A stretch of DNA of 64,000 bases. It comes from Lama guanicoe. Its lineage: Eukaryota. Below the pieces are notes generated by a model, which saw nothing but the letters and a program-made list of their open reading frames with translations, was not told the DNA's origin and did not search any database. Where the stretch lies: the NCBI GenBank assembly GCA_013239625.1, contig MU053934.1, positions 10,065,352 to 10,129,351 of the forward strand, written 5' to 3'. Each line of letters starts with the position of its first letter. Position 1 is the first letter of the stretch. Below are positions 23,625-34,287 of this stretch, in pieces. The translations under genes and the position numbers were made by a program.

Positions 23625-23900
23625 GGGAAGCAGACTGTGGGCTTTGGGGCCTCATAGGTCATGCACGCTTTGCCATTTACTGGCAGAATGACCTTGGCAG
23701 GTTTTTTTTACCCCCCAGGTTCTTGGAGCGTTGGTTTCTTCATCTGTCAGGTGGGAGTGAAGGTGCTGCCGCATCCCGCTCCGGGAGCAGCGGCGGCGCC
23801 CGCGCGGTGGGCGCGCCCTGGCGCCGGGGCCGCGTCGCCCGCCCGCGGAGGCCGCGAGGACACAGGCGCTGTGCGTTACCCGTCCCGGTTACTGCGGTGC
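23625..23900 (+). mobile_element. MIR remnant running into a CpG-dense patch
   Basis: tttgccatttactggcagaatgaccttggcag…ggtttcttcatctgtcaggtgggag is the MIR core; 23768-23860 is almost pure G/C. Confidence 0.6.
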
Positions 23901-24533
23901 CACCCGCCTCTCCCTGGCCGCTGCAGTCTTCATAGCCGTCCTTTTGAATGACTGCACAATGTTTTGAAAGTGATCTTTACTTGAAATCCTTATTAAAATT
24001 GTGTATGTGTCTAAATCAACGTTTAATTTATTTGCTAAGTCAAAATCTAGACGTATTTAATCGTATTCCAAATACATACTCTAAACTCAGTAACGTTGTT
24101 CCTTGAGATTCTGGAGGAGGGGGAGGGGTGAGAGCACTTAAAGTATGGCAACTGGTAGTTTATGTGTATTTTTGTTTTCCAGTTTGTTTTTCCCTTTTTA
24201 AGTCGGAGAAACTACATTATCCAAAGTTAAAAAAATTCACTTACACAATGGCAGGTACACCTCCCTCCTGCCCCCGCCCAGCAGCTCCGCTCCTGGGCTT
24301 CCCTCTTTCACAGGTGCTCTGTACGCAGGTGCGTGTAGCTGTCTCCCCCCCAACCCCTTGTTCTTCTTAAAAAACAGATGGAAGCGTGTTAGTCTCAGGT
24401 GCACCTTTTCTCACTTTATCCGTGTTGGAGGGCCTGAGAGTGGGCGACATCAGCACGTGTGCACAGCCGTTGTTTTATTTATTTAAGCCTCAGATGGCAT
24501 CAAAGTCATCAAATTTTCAAGTGAAATATTCTT

Positions 24534-24629
24534 TTGTAAAAAATTGAGGTGAAATTCACATGACATACAATTAACCATTTTGAAGTGTACAATTTCGTGG
24601 AGTTCAGCATGTCTGCAGTGTTTGTGCTG
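24534..24629 (-). mobile_element. Short L1M 3'-terminal fragment
   Basis: aattgaggtgaaattcacatgacatacaattaaccattttgaagtgtacaatt, typical antisense L1MB extreme 3' end. Confidence 0.75.
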
Positions 24630-24643
24630 CCTAAAGTATTCTT

Positions 24644-24760
24644 TTTTTAAAACATATTTTTATTTTATTACTTATTTATTTTATTTTTCCTCTTATCAGA
24701 GGCACTGAGGATTGAACCCAGGACCTTGTGCGTGCCTACCACTGAGCTAGACCGCCACCC
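24644..24760 (-). mobile_element. tRNA-derived SINE (camelid vic-1-like) with TSD
   Basis: gaggcactgaggattgaacccaggacc…ctaccactgagcta; TSD CCTAAARTATTCTT at 24630-24643 and 24761-24774. Confidence 0.85.
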
Positions 24761-24775
24761 CCTAAAATATTCTTA

Positions 24776-25465
24776 GTGAGAATCGAGCTACCATACGATC
24801 CAGCAGTTCCACTTACGAGATTTATCCAAAGGAAACGAAGACACTAACTCGAAAAGAGACTTGCATCCCTCCATGTTCACAGTGGCATTACCTGCGGTAG
24901 CCGAGACACGGAAACAGCCTAAGTGTCCACCAGTGGATGAACGGGTAAAGAGAGTGTGGTACACACACACGGGCACAGCCACGCGCACACACACACAAAG
25001 GAATATTGCTCAACCATACGAAGCTTGAGCCCTTGTCATTTGTGACGACCTGGTTGGCCCTTGAGGGTATTACGCTAGGTGACGTGAATCAGGCAGAGAA
25101 AGGCAGATGCCATGTGATCTCAGTTACATGTGGGATCCAAAGTGCAAATGGAAACAAACAGCTGAGCCTGAGCCGTAGGTGCTGGGAACAGACTGGTGGT
25201 TGCCAGAGGTGAAGGTTGGGGGCCGGTGAAACGGCTGAGGGAGTCGAGGGGGGCAAGCTCGCAGTTACAAAATAATACCGGGCTGCGCATTTGGAAGTTG
25301 CTGCGAGAGTGGCACTTACAGGTCCTCCTCACGAGAAAAAACATTTTGTAACTGCGTGGTGACGGGTGTTCACTAGACTTATTGTGGTGATCACTTCACG
25401 TGTACAAATACTCAGTCCTTTTGTTGTGTAGCTGAAACTAACACGTCAGTTATGCCTCCATCAGG
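24776..25465 (+). mobile_element. 5'-truncated L1 (ORF2 C-terminus plus 3' UTR), sense
   Basis: gagctaccatacgatccagcagttccactt…cctaagtgtccaccagtggatgaa; ORF 25006..25212 (SFVTTWLALEGITLGDVNQAEK); flanked by AATATTCTTA direct repeats. Confidence 0.85.
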
Positions 25466-28400
25466 AATATTCTTAATGCAGAAGAATGGCCAGATTTAGT
25501 CATCAGGACAAGGCCTTGTGTGTGTGTGTGTAATAGCAATTGCATAATTGGGTTTTTTTTAATCCGCGCCACTCTTTGGGTTGCCCCCCTTCAGGTGTTC
25601 CCTGGGGTTAGACATTATTCAATTACAGGTTTAATGACTTTCCGGGAAATACGACACATCGGTTCTGTGGCTTTTTGCACACACGTGAGTGCCGCGGGGG
25701 CAGCTGGGATGCTGTCTCCTTTGTCCCATTGGCATCAGAGTCAGCCTGTGAGCAGCACGACCTTGTGAAGGGCGGCAGTGCGTGGCCCAGCTCACAGGGC
25801 TCTGCGCTTCCTGGCTAGTGGGTGACGGAGCTTCCTGAGAGCTGGTCCCACCGGGTGCCGAGTGCCCTGCCCGACCTCGCACTCTGAGCCCGTGGAGCGG
25901 GCCCGGGTCAGTGGTGACTCCCCATCTTACCAAGCCCCCTGGTAGATGTGGCCGCGTTGAAACTGAACCCCCACCTCTGACTCGCTCCAGCGGGCTGCCT
26001 CTCTCAGGGACTTGGGGCGCAGGTGTGGAGCAGTGTCTGGGGGAGTGTGGAAGGTGGGGCGTTCCCTTGTTGTGCTCCAAGTCATTGTCTTGGACGTGAG
26101 GCACCAGTCGCCCAGAGCTCTTCAGGTGGAGCGCAGGAGAGGGGAGGCCGCTGCTGCCTGCTGTCGCCGTGACCTCTTTGGTTGTGACCCGTCCATCTTT
26201 TCTTTGAGGCGCACGCCCTTTGTCCTTCCCTTTTGTCCAGGTTCGTGTGATTGGCATAAGATCTGGCATTTTGAGTTCGTCAGGTCAGGGTAGCAGCCAG
26301 CAGTGCTGAACTTGCTCTGTGCTGTGTCCAGGCACTGGGCACGCCCGGGCCACTCCCTCCCTCCCCTCTCATGGCCTTGTGCGTGCACCCCTCCAGCTGG
26401 GCCTCTGGGGCTCCTCGGGTGTCCCGTGGAGGGAGGGCTGTCCTTAAGGACAGGAGGCTTTATCCTCAGTTTGCCCCCAAGGGGGTCCCAGGTGGTGCTG
26501 TCTTCCACAACCAGCCTTGGTGGTCTTTGGCTTCAGGGAAGCATAGCTGTGCTAGGCTGTGTGTCATTGTCTGGTCACATGGCTGTGGTCCAGGACATGT
26601 CCTGGGCACAGGGCAGCAAGCTGGCCTCAGATTCCCTTGGACAGGGGACCGTGGGCATCCTGATATTTGACCGGCTTGTTTTTGCCAGATGCAGGCCCCG
26701 GGTGGTGGCTGAAGCCACTGTGGAAAAGCTTCAGTGCCTGTCGCTGGACGGGCCAGGAGGGCCTGTTGGGATGTGTGGCGAGATGTCAGGGGACAGGCTC
26801 CGTGGTCAGGCAGCACAGGGGCTGCGGGGGAAGGAAGCAGGGCTCATCCCTCCCTCCATGCATCCTCAGGTGTTTAGCAGCTGCTCGCTGAGTGCCAGGT
26901 CCTGTGCTGGAGGCGACGTGTTTGACCTGTGCGCTGTGGGAGCCGCCTGTGGCTGTGAGGTCAGTGGCAGGAGACGGGGCAGGGCTGGCCCTGGTGGAGA
27001 GGGTGGTGCAGGTGAAGCGTGTGGACGGTGGGGCTGAGTGGTGGCGCCCGCAGCAATGGGCAGGGACGTTGGCAGCGCAGCTGCCCCAGGGACAGGCAGG
27101 TAGCAGTGACCTCAGGTCTCAGGGCCACCCAGCCGGAGAGCTGCCCCTGGGCCCGGGTGCCCGAGGGCGCTCGTTTGCCTCTTGAGTCTGCGGCACCGCG
27201 GGGTGAGGGGTCTCTGAAGATCACGGTGGTGGGAGCAGCTGGATCCTAGAGGGTCTGGCTCATCTGACGAGGGCGTTTGGTTCTGAGGCAGCCAGGGCGC
27301 CATGGGGAAAACACTGTGACGGGGAGGGATGCTGAGATCTGGCGGCAGCTCCTGCCTTGGCCACCTTCCTGCCTTCTCGTCGCTCGGTCCATCCTTGGTC
27401 TCAGGTACCTCGTCTGTGAAATGCAGGGACCGGTGCAGAGGGCAGCGGAGGTCGGAAGGTCGGACATAGTGCCTCTGTTCTGTGGGCAGTAGGGAGCCTG
27501 AAGGCTTTGGGGTCAGGAGTGGAATGATCAGAACTGCACTTCGGGGAGGTTAATCTGGCTTCTGTTCCTTTGTGATGACCCCGCTGAAGGGCGGCAGGTG
27601 ACACTGAAATTCAGCTGCGAGGGAATCAGCTGTGCTCTGAGCTGTGGCTGTGGGAACTCCCCCGTGTGGTCCGTGGCTCCCTGGCCCTTCTCCTGCTCCC
27701 TCCCAGCGCTGGCCCTTTCTTCTCCGCGCACCCTGCGGTCACGGCAGGCTCAGGAGTAATGAGGCTCTTCGGGGCTGGTGGTGGTGGGGAGCAGACGTGG
27801 GGACGTTCACGCATCCTGTGCATCACAAGAGGCCCCACCAGGCTGGTTGGAGGTGGGCAGGCTCTGTGGCTCTTCAGGTGGGCCTGGCTCCCCCTGCTCG
27901 GGCCCATCCTGCTCGGAGCCGCAGGTTGCGCCCCTCGGGGGTCCTGGGGCCGGCACACCCTTCCTCTCGCTCATGAGGCTGTCCTAACCGGGGTTCGGTG
28001 GACGTCGGCGAGGCAGGGCGGAAGGCTCACCGTGTTTCAGTTTTAAAGATGCCACCAGCGCGTGTGGGACTTTGGACTGGATTCCTTGATCCTTGTGTCG
28101 CTGTCGTGCTGCTGTTAAATTTAGGAACTACCGGTGATTTCCAGGAAAACGTCTCTTCATCCTCGTAAGCTTGCATTTGCCTGTTTCAGCCTACTCTTTA
28201 GCTCGCATTTGTTGATTAATTTCCGCTGTGATTCTTCCAAGTCGCTGTGCGCTGTTTTGGCCCTCCCTGGTGCGCGGCGTCGTGCTCATCGCTGACACAC
28301 TCCGTGGTGTCCGGAGCTGCCCATGTCGTGAGTCTGTGGCTGCCACTGCGGGCCCGCCAGCAGCCGGCTCTCGGTGCCCGGGGCCTTTCTGTATGCAGGG

Positions 28401-29389
28401 CGCTGGGTTTCATTCACTGGTCCCTTTACTGTGGTGACCTGCGAGGTCAGACCGTCGGATGCTTCTCTTTATTCATAGTTACTTCCTCAGTAGAATGTAT
28501 ACCGAGTTAGTAAGACACAGATGTCCTGTGTGTGCCAGTTCAGTCAAAAGCCATTAAAGCTTTTCCAGATTTGGGCCTTAAGTACTTGAAAATTCTCCCC
28601 CCATTACCTAAACCAAATATTTAAGTACAAAATCTATTTAGCAAAGTCATTTTTCGATCTTCAGCGTGCCGCATTTAATTTACAGTTCTTCTCGCTGAAA
28701 TTTTAAATTTGCTTTGGCAAGATTTTTCTTGAGAGAGAAATTTTATTTTCATTGTAACTTTCTGTTGTCTCCTTCGTCTTCCTGGGCTGGAGGGAGAACC
28801 TGCTTACTAGTAGTGAAAGTTGTTTCTGATGAGTTCATTCAATTAAACTACGTTGTGAGCTTCTGGTGGGCGAGGCTTCCCCCGGGAGAGATCCGGTGCA
28901 GACACTTACCGTGGTGCACGGAGGGACTGGGCGCCTGGGCGTACACAGGTGAAGAGGTGTTGCGTTTTCCCTGGGGCTTGGGCTGGGGGTGGGCACGGGT
29001 GGGCCCTCCTGGGCCAGAGGGATGACAGAGATGAGCTCTCTGAGCCGCTGCCCGGATGCGGGACCGGGCGGCGTGCTCCGTAAGGGGGGGCACCTGGTGG
29101 GCCAGGCAGGGACCTGAAAACCTCGGGAGTAGCTGGGAGGGGGCGAGGGTGACGTATGCCTCTCAGTGTGGGGGCTGGGGGCGCAGCTGGAGCCTGCGCG
29201 GGAGCCAGGGGTGGTCGCCTTCTCTCGGCTGTGTGTCCGGACGGCGCCCAGCCGTCTTTCACCGGGTGTTCGCGCCGCAGGAACCCAGCCTTACCTTGTG
29301 GGGTGTTAACTTTGTTTATCTTCGGTATTTTCAAGTATAATTTAAAATGATAGATGCTCAATGTGTGAAGTTGAGCACATGCTGCAAAT

Positions 29390-29540
29390 AATAATAATAA
29401 AGCTAGGATTGACTTTTTTGATGTTCACCATGTGCCATGCGTGGTGTTTACTGCTTTCTCTGCATTCTCTTGATTCTTACAAGACCCTGTGAGGTGGACA
29501 CAGCCCCCCGGGAGCGAGGTCACAGAGAAAGCCAGCTGTA
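29390..29540 (-). mobile_element. MIR remnant
   Basis: aataataataaagcta…gttcaccatgtgcca…attcttacaagaccctgtgaggtgg. Confidence 0.55.
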
Positions 29541-30358
29541 CACTGCTGCCCTGGCTGCTCCGGGTGGAAAGAGCTCATCTTTGTGTCTTTCGGGAGGGTC
29601 TTTGTGGTGTATCTGTCTCCTCCTTGGACTTGAGACCAAGCGTGTGCTTATCTGGGCATCTCCCTGGTTTCACTTATTACAAATGATGTCTTTCCCAAGA
29701 TAGTAATGTTCTCTGAAAGCATGATTGTTTACGGCTGTGTGAAAGTCATTAAAGTGCACCCATTTCTGCCATTTGCTCACGGGTGAGACATTTCTTAAGC
29801 CATTCCCCTATTACTCGGGCATTTCAGTCGTTTTCAGTTTTGGTTTTGTTCTTTATTTATCGTCACGATGAACCCCGAGGACCACGCCCGCATCATAACT
29901 CTGGCCACTTCCGTGTCTCCTGAGCATAAATCTCTAGCCTGGACTCGGTATTAACGGAGGAGCGTCGTGGCCACCCGGGCGCCCCTGCCCCCCTGCACGA
30001 CCCTTCCGCTCCCCGGCGGGCCTGTGTGATCCGACAGCAGCTGCCGACTCGCTCGCTCTCTGCCCTTTCGTTCCCTCCCCGTCAGTGTGTGTGAATTGAA
30101 GTGCCCCGGGCACACAGTCATTTATTTGGACCCTTCTGAGGCTGTTGCACTCAGGGGCTGCAGTCCTGCCTTCCTTCTGCTCGACTGGATAAGGTTTTCC
30201 TACTCAAGCCTTGCTAGGTTCCTCTCAGTGGGCAGGCATTTTTGACAAGGTTGCAGGCATTTCTTATTTTAGTTAACTATTCACTGTCTCCCTAAGTCCT
30301 CTTCATTCAGTCTTTCGCTTGTGGATTGATTCATTAATCTACCTGGAGAACGTTTCTT

Positions 30359-30497
30359 TTTTAAAAAAACCTTTAAAAATTAAAACGTAAATGTTTTAAA
30401 TTTAAAGGTTTTATTTTTAACGAGGGCACTGGGGATTGAACCCGGGAACTCCTGCATGCTAAGCGTGCGGCTACCACTGAACTGTCTCTCCCACCCC
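30359..30497 (-). mobile_element. vic-1-like tRNA-Ala-derived SINE with TSD, inside an L2-like remnant
   Basis: gggcactggggattgaacccgggaactcctgcatgctaagcgtgcggctaccactgaact; TSD (CC)TGGAGAACRTTTCTT at 30342-30358 and 30496-30512. Confidence 0.88.
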
Positions 30498-33400
30498 TGG
30501 AGAACATTTCTTAAGCTTCCAGCTGACACTAGGCCTTGAGGATACAAAGATACGTTGTCAGTCGCACTCCCTGGTGTGGAGAAACAGACCAGTCGAATTC
30601 CAGGCTGCAGAGGGGAAGGATCTCTGACCTCAGTGGGGGGAGAAAGGATGGATGGAAGGTGGGGGCGGGGGAGGCGTGGCACGGGGACAGGGACCACAGG
30701 ATGAGTGGCCTGAGTGAGACGTGCTGCTGGTGGCTTGGGTCCAGTGGAAAGGTGTGGCGGGGGCCTGTGGGGTGTGTGTGCACCTGTGGGAGATGGAGCT
30801 TGGCAGGGCGGTCTGGCCACAGCTGGAAGAGCAGGCTCTGGAAAGGTGAAGCAGTTTGGATTTTATCCATCTCCCTGCTCGTGGCTCTTTAAGAATGTCC
30901 CGCTCCCCCTTGGGCAAGTCTCGGATCCTTGGTTGGCCCCTCTCCCTCTCTGGCCGAGCTTCTCGCCAGTCCTCATCTTTGTACTTGAAGCTCCGTAGCA
31001 CCAGGTCAGCGGTCCCTGTGCACGCCCAGCGCTGGGCCCCGCTTCACACCTGTACATCCTGGTTCGGGAGGTGTCTCTGGGGGACCCTGTGCTTAGTCCC
31101 CTCGGATCCCGGTGGCTCCGCCTGGGCCTGGCTCAGGGCCCTGCTCGGTGATTTCTGGTCAACGGAAGCGCATCTCCCCCAGCCCCAGTTGAGAAGTTCA
31201 GCACCACCCTCTAAGCACCACGTGAGGTTGCCAGTGTCCAGTTGGATTAGGTGAATTTTGAGGAGGGCTCGAAGGAGCGTCAGTCCCATTGGAAGCAAAT
31301 CCAAGAATCACAGCACCATTACCGGACTGGGTTGTCACAGGGCCTGTGGCACGCTGGGCTCTGTGTTGGGGGGCAGCCCAGCGAGGGGAGCACAGCAAGT
31401 GCCCGGCCTCCAAGGTGCACACAGGTGAGGTCCTGATGCAGCAGGTGACAGGACGAGGTCACGATTCCCGAGTGTCCCAGAGCGATTTGGCCAGCTCTGG
31501 TTGCACATGAGCAGAAGGGGACATGAGCTCGTTGGCTGGGCCTGGCAGAGTCTGGGGGCTTCGATTGGCCTTGAAGGGCTGGGGAGGGGGTCAGGTCAGC
31601 AACAGAAGGGCCCCCAGGACTCAGAGCTGCGTCAGCCTGGGCACATGCACCAGTCGGTCACTGTCTCCCAGGGAGTTTCAAAGAAAAGGGACGAGACCAG
31701 TCCTTGGCCTCTCCCAACGCTGGTGGCCTCGGAAGCCTGGGTGGTAACCCCCGTTCTGGGGTGGACATAACAGGAGTGCTCAGGCTGTATCTGGAGCTCA
31801 CTGTCGGGAGCCATGGTGCTGGGCTGTGCTTGACTTTGGGAGGTGGTAGGGCTCCTCCAGACCTCAGTCAGTCACCATAACCCACAGCATTGTCAGTCAG
31901 AATCAGGCAAAGGTGCGACAGAGTAAAAGACCCTATGATTGGATGAGTGCCGTGTGCCTATTATAGGTTTGGGAGATGCAGGGAATGGCTGCAAACAAAC
32001 CATCGGCTGTAGCTGTATCTCACTGCCCAAAAGGTGGTCCGGCCCCTAGCATGGCCAGTGTTACCGTGCCTCCCTGCCACCTGAGGTCAGGTACAGAGGG
32101 TGGGTCCCCTCTGGAAGGTCCAAGGTTGGCAGTGAGTTCTCGGGGCAGGTGAGAGGTCGGCTGGCAGGGTGTCCATGCCGCTTGGGGTGGAGGCTGCAGC
32201 TGGTCAGCCTGGCGTGACTCCTGTCCACAGCACTTCCCGCCAGGTGAGGATGAACTTGCGGTGAGGATACGGTGAAGGCTGTTCAGGAAAGCGCTGAGAG
32301 CGGTGCCCGGCACCCAGACAGTCCTTCGCAGATGTTAGCTGTGAGGCTTGGTTTCATTCTCCCGGTCACTTCTGCCTCTGCTCTCCTGCCTTCTCCTGAA
32401 TTCTTGATTTAATCTGATCAGTCTGCTGTGCTTTTGGCTCAAGCGCCTGCTGGGTGCCACCAGCACGTGGGAGAAATGGGGCCCAGTGCCGTGACTCGGG
32501 TGGCACGGGTGATGGTCTCAGGCAGCACCTCCCAAGGGGAAGGTGCTGCAGCCACGTGTGCAGTTTCACGTGTTCCGGTAACCACGCGAGGTGTGCAGGG
32601 AAACAGGAGAAAGGAGCTCTGACTTACCCGTTATTCCAAGGTACACAACATAGTCTCTTAGCATTTAACATATAACTCATGTAAAAGCTGTGAACAGTAA
32701 CGTGAGTTCACGTTTTGGTGCCAGGTCTCTGCCACCTGGGGCGCGGGCCACACCGGGAGCCTGGCCCGGCGGCTGCCTGTGCCGAGGAGCGTGGGGCTCG
32801 TCTGGGGCGCGCTTTGGGGCTGTGGAGGTGGACCTGCCAGCAGACCAGAGGTGACAGGGGAGGGAAGGGCCACTGGAGGGGTCGTTAGGGTGTGGCTGGG
32901 CTTTGGGGGGTGGCGTGCTGTTCACTGAGATGGGGAGGGTGTGGGGACAAAAGACAGGGTTTGGGGTACATGGTGCTTGGGTGCCTGTGAGACAGGCACC
33001 TCCACACAGCTGGGGGCGGGGGCAGGGGCGGGGCGGTATCGGGTGGAGCTCCCCCCCCCAGCACGGCTGGCCCTGCCCACCTTTCCCTGTGCCAGCCTCC
33101 TCAGCCAGCATGCTTCTGGGGCCTGAACTTTGGCTTAAAATAAGGTGTGTGGGCAGCAGGCCTTGTGGAAGCTTTGGAGTCTTGGGGGTGCGGGAGCTTA
33201 ACGTAACAGCGGTGAAAATAGCTTAAAATCACCTGCTGAACATCCGTGTTAAAAAAATGCCCTTTCCCCCCAGGAGTGTCTCACAGGCACCTTCTTCTCT
33301 CTGGGGGCCGCTTTCTCACTCTGCTCCCCCCTCACGGTGGGTGTGTGTGGGCGCTTCTGCCCCCGCGGACGACGGCTCGGCGCAGATGCAGCGCGGCCTC

Positions 33401-34139
33401 CCATTCTGCCTGCGTCTCTCCCCCGGATGCTCGAAGCAAAACGGAGCTGTGGGGAAATGTGCTTCCTCCGTCGGTGTCTGTACATTATGCTGTACCTTGT
33501 AGCCCAAAAAGATCACGATGATTCATTGGAAGTAAGAGTCGCCCTCATGCATTAAATGTGTGATATGCGAGCACTTTTAGAAGAAAAGCTCATCGAGGCT
33601 GTGGACACAGTGCTCTTTGCTCCCTGAGACGCTAACCACCGCCCTTCCCATATTAAATGTGCTTTGGGCTCTATGGTTGGGATGCACCGTGGTGTACGTG
33701 GCCGCCCCCGTTGTCACAGATTTGTTTCCTCCAGGTTTTCCCCGCTAACCGCCGCGGAGGATCCTGGTGCTCACGTCCTTGCCCTTCTCTCTGGATCTTT
33801 TCTTGGGGTAATTACTGGACGTAAAATGGTTGCTTCAAAGAGTGTGCCTGTTTTTAAGACTTGATCATGGTTTCTCTTTTTCACATTTCATGGCCTGTCT
33901 GTATCTCTGCTGTCGTTTCTCTGTGCACGTCTCCCCGCGATGATGTGTGTGTGTGTGAGAGAGGGCCTTTCGTGTTGGCCCAGCAGCTCCTTGTGCTGGT
34001 GGTGGGCGGGCAACTCAGGCAGGCACGGCACTTGCCAGGGCACCAGGTGACCGCTCTGCGGGCCACGCGCCTGGGCGGTGGGTCCAGCCAGGGGCAGGAG
34101 TGTTAGGGGCTCAGAGCCTTTGGCATTTAGTTCTCGTGG

Positions 34140-34287
34140 TGATCCTACAAAGGGAGACTTAGGCCCATCTGACAGCTGAGAAAATGAGGGTCAGAGTTCC
34201 CTTGCTGAAGGTAAACTCTGCCATTCAGCAGTAGAGTCAGGACTTGAACTTGGGCCGTCTGGCTCCAGGACCCATGCTCTGAACCGC
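34140..34287 (-). mobile_element. MIR remnant
   Basis: cccatctgacagctgagaaaatgagggtcagag…ggacttgaacttgggccgtctggctccagg. Confidence 0.65.
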
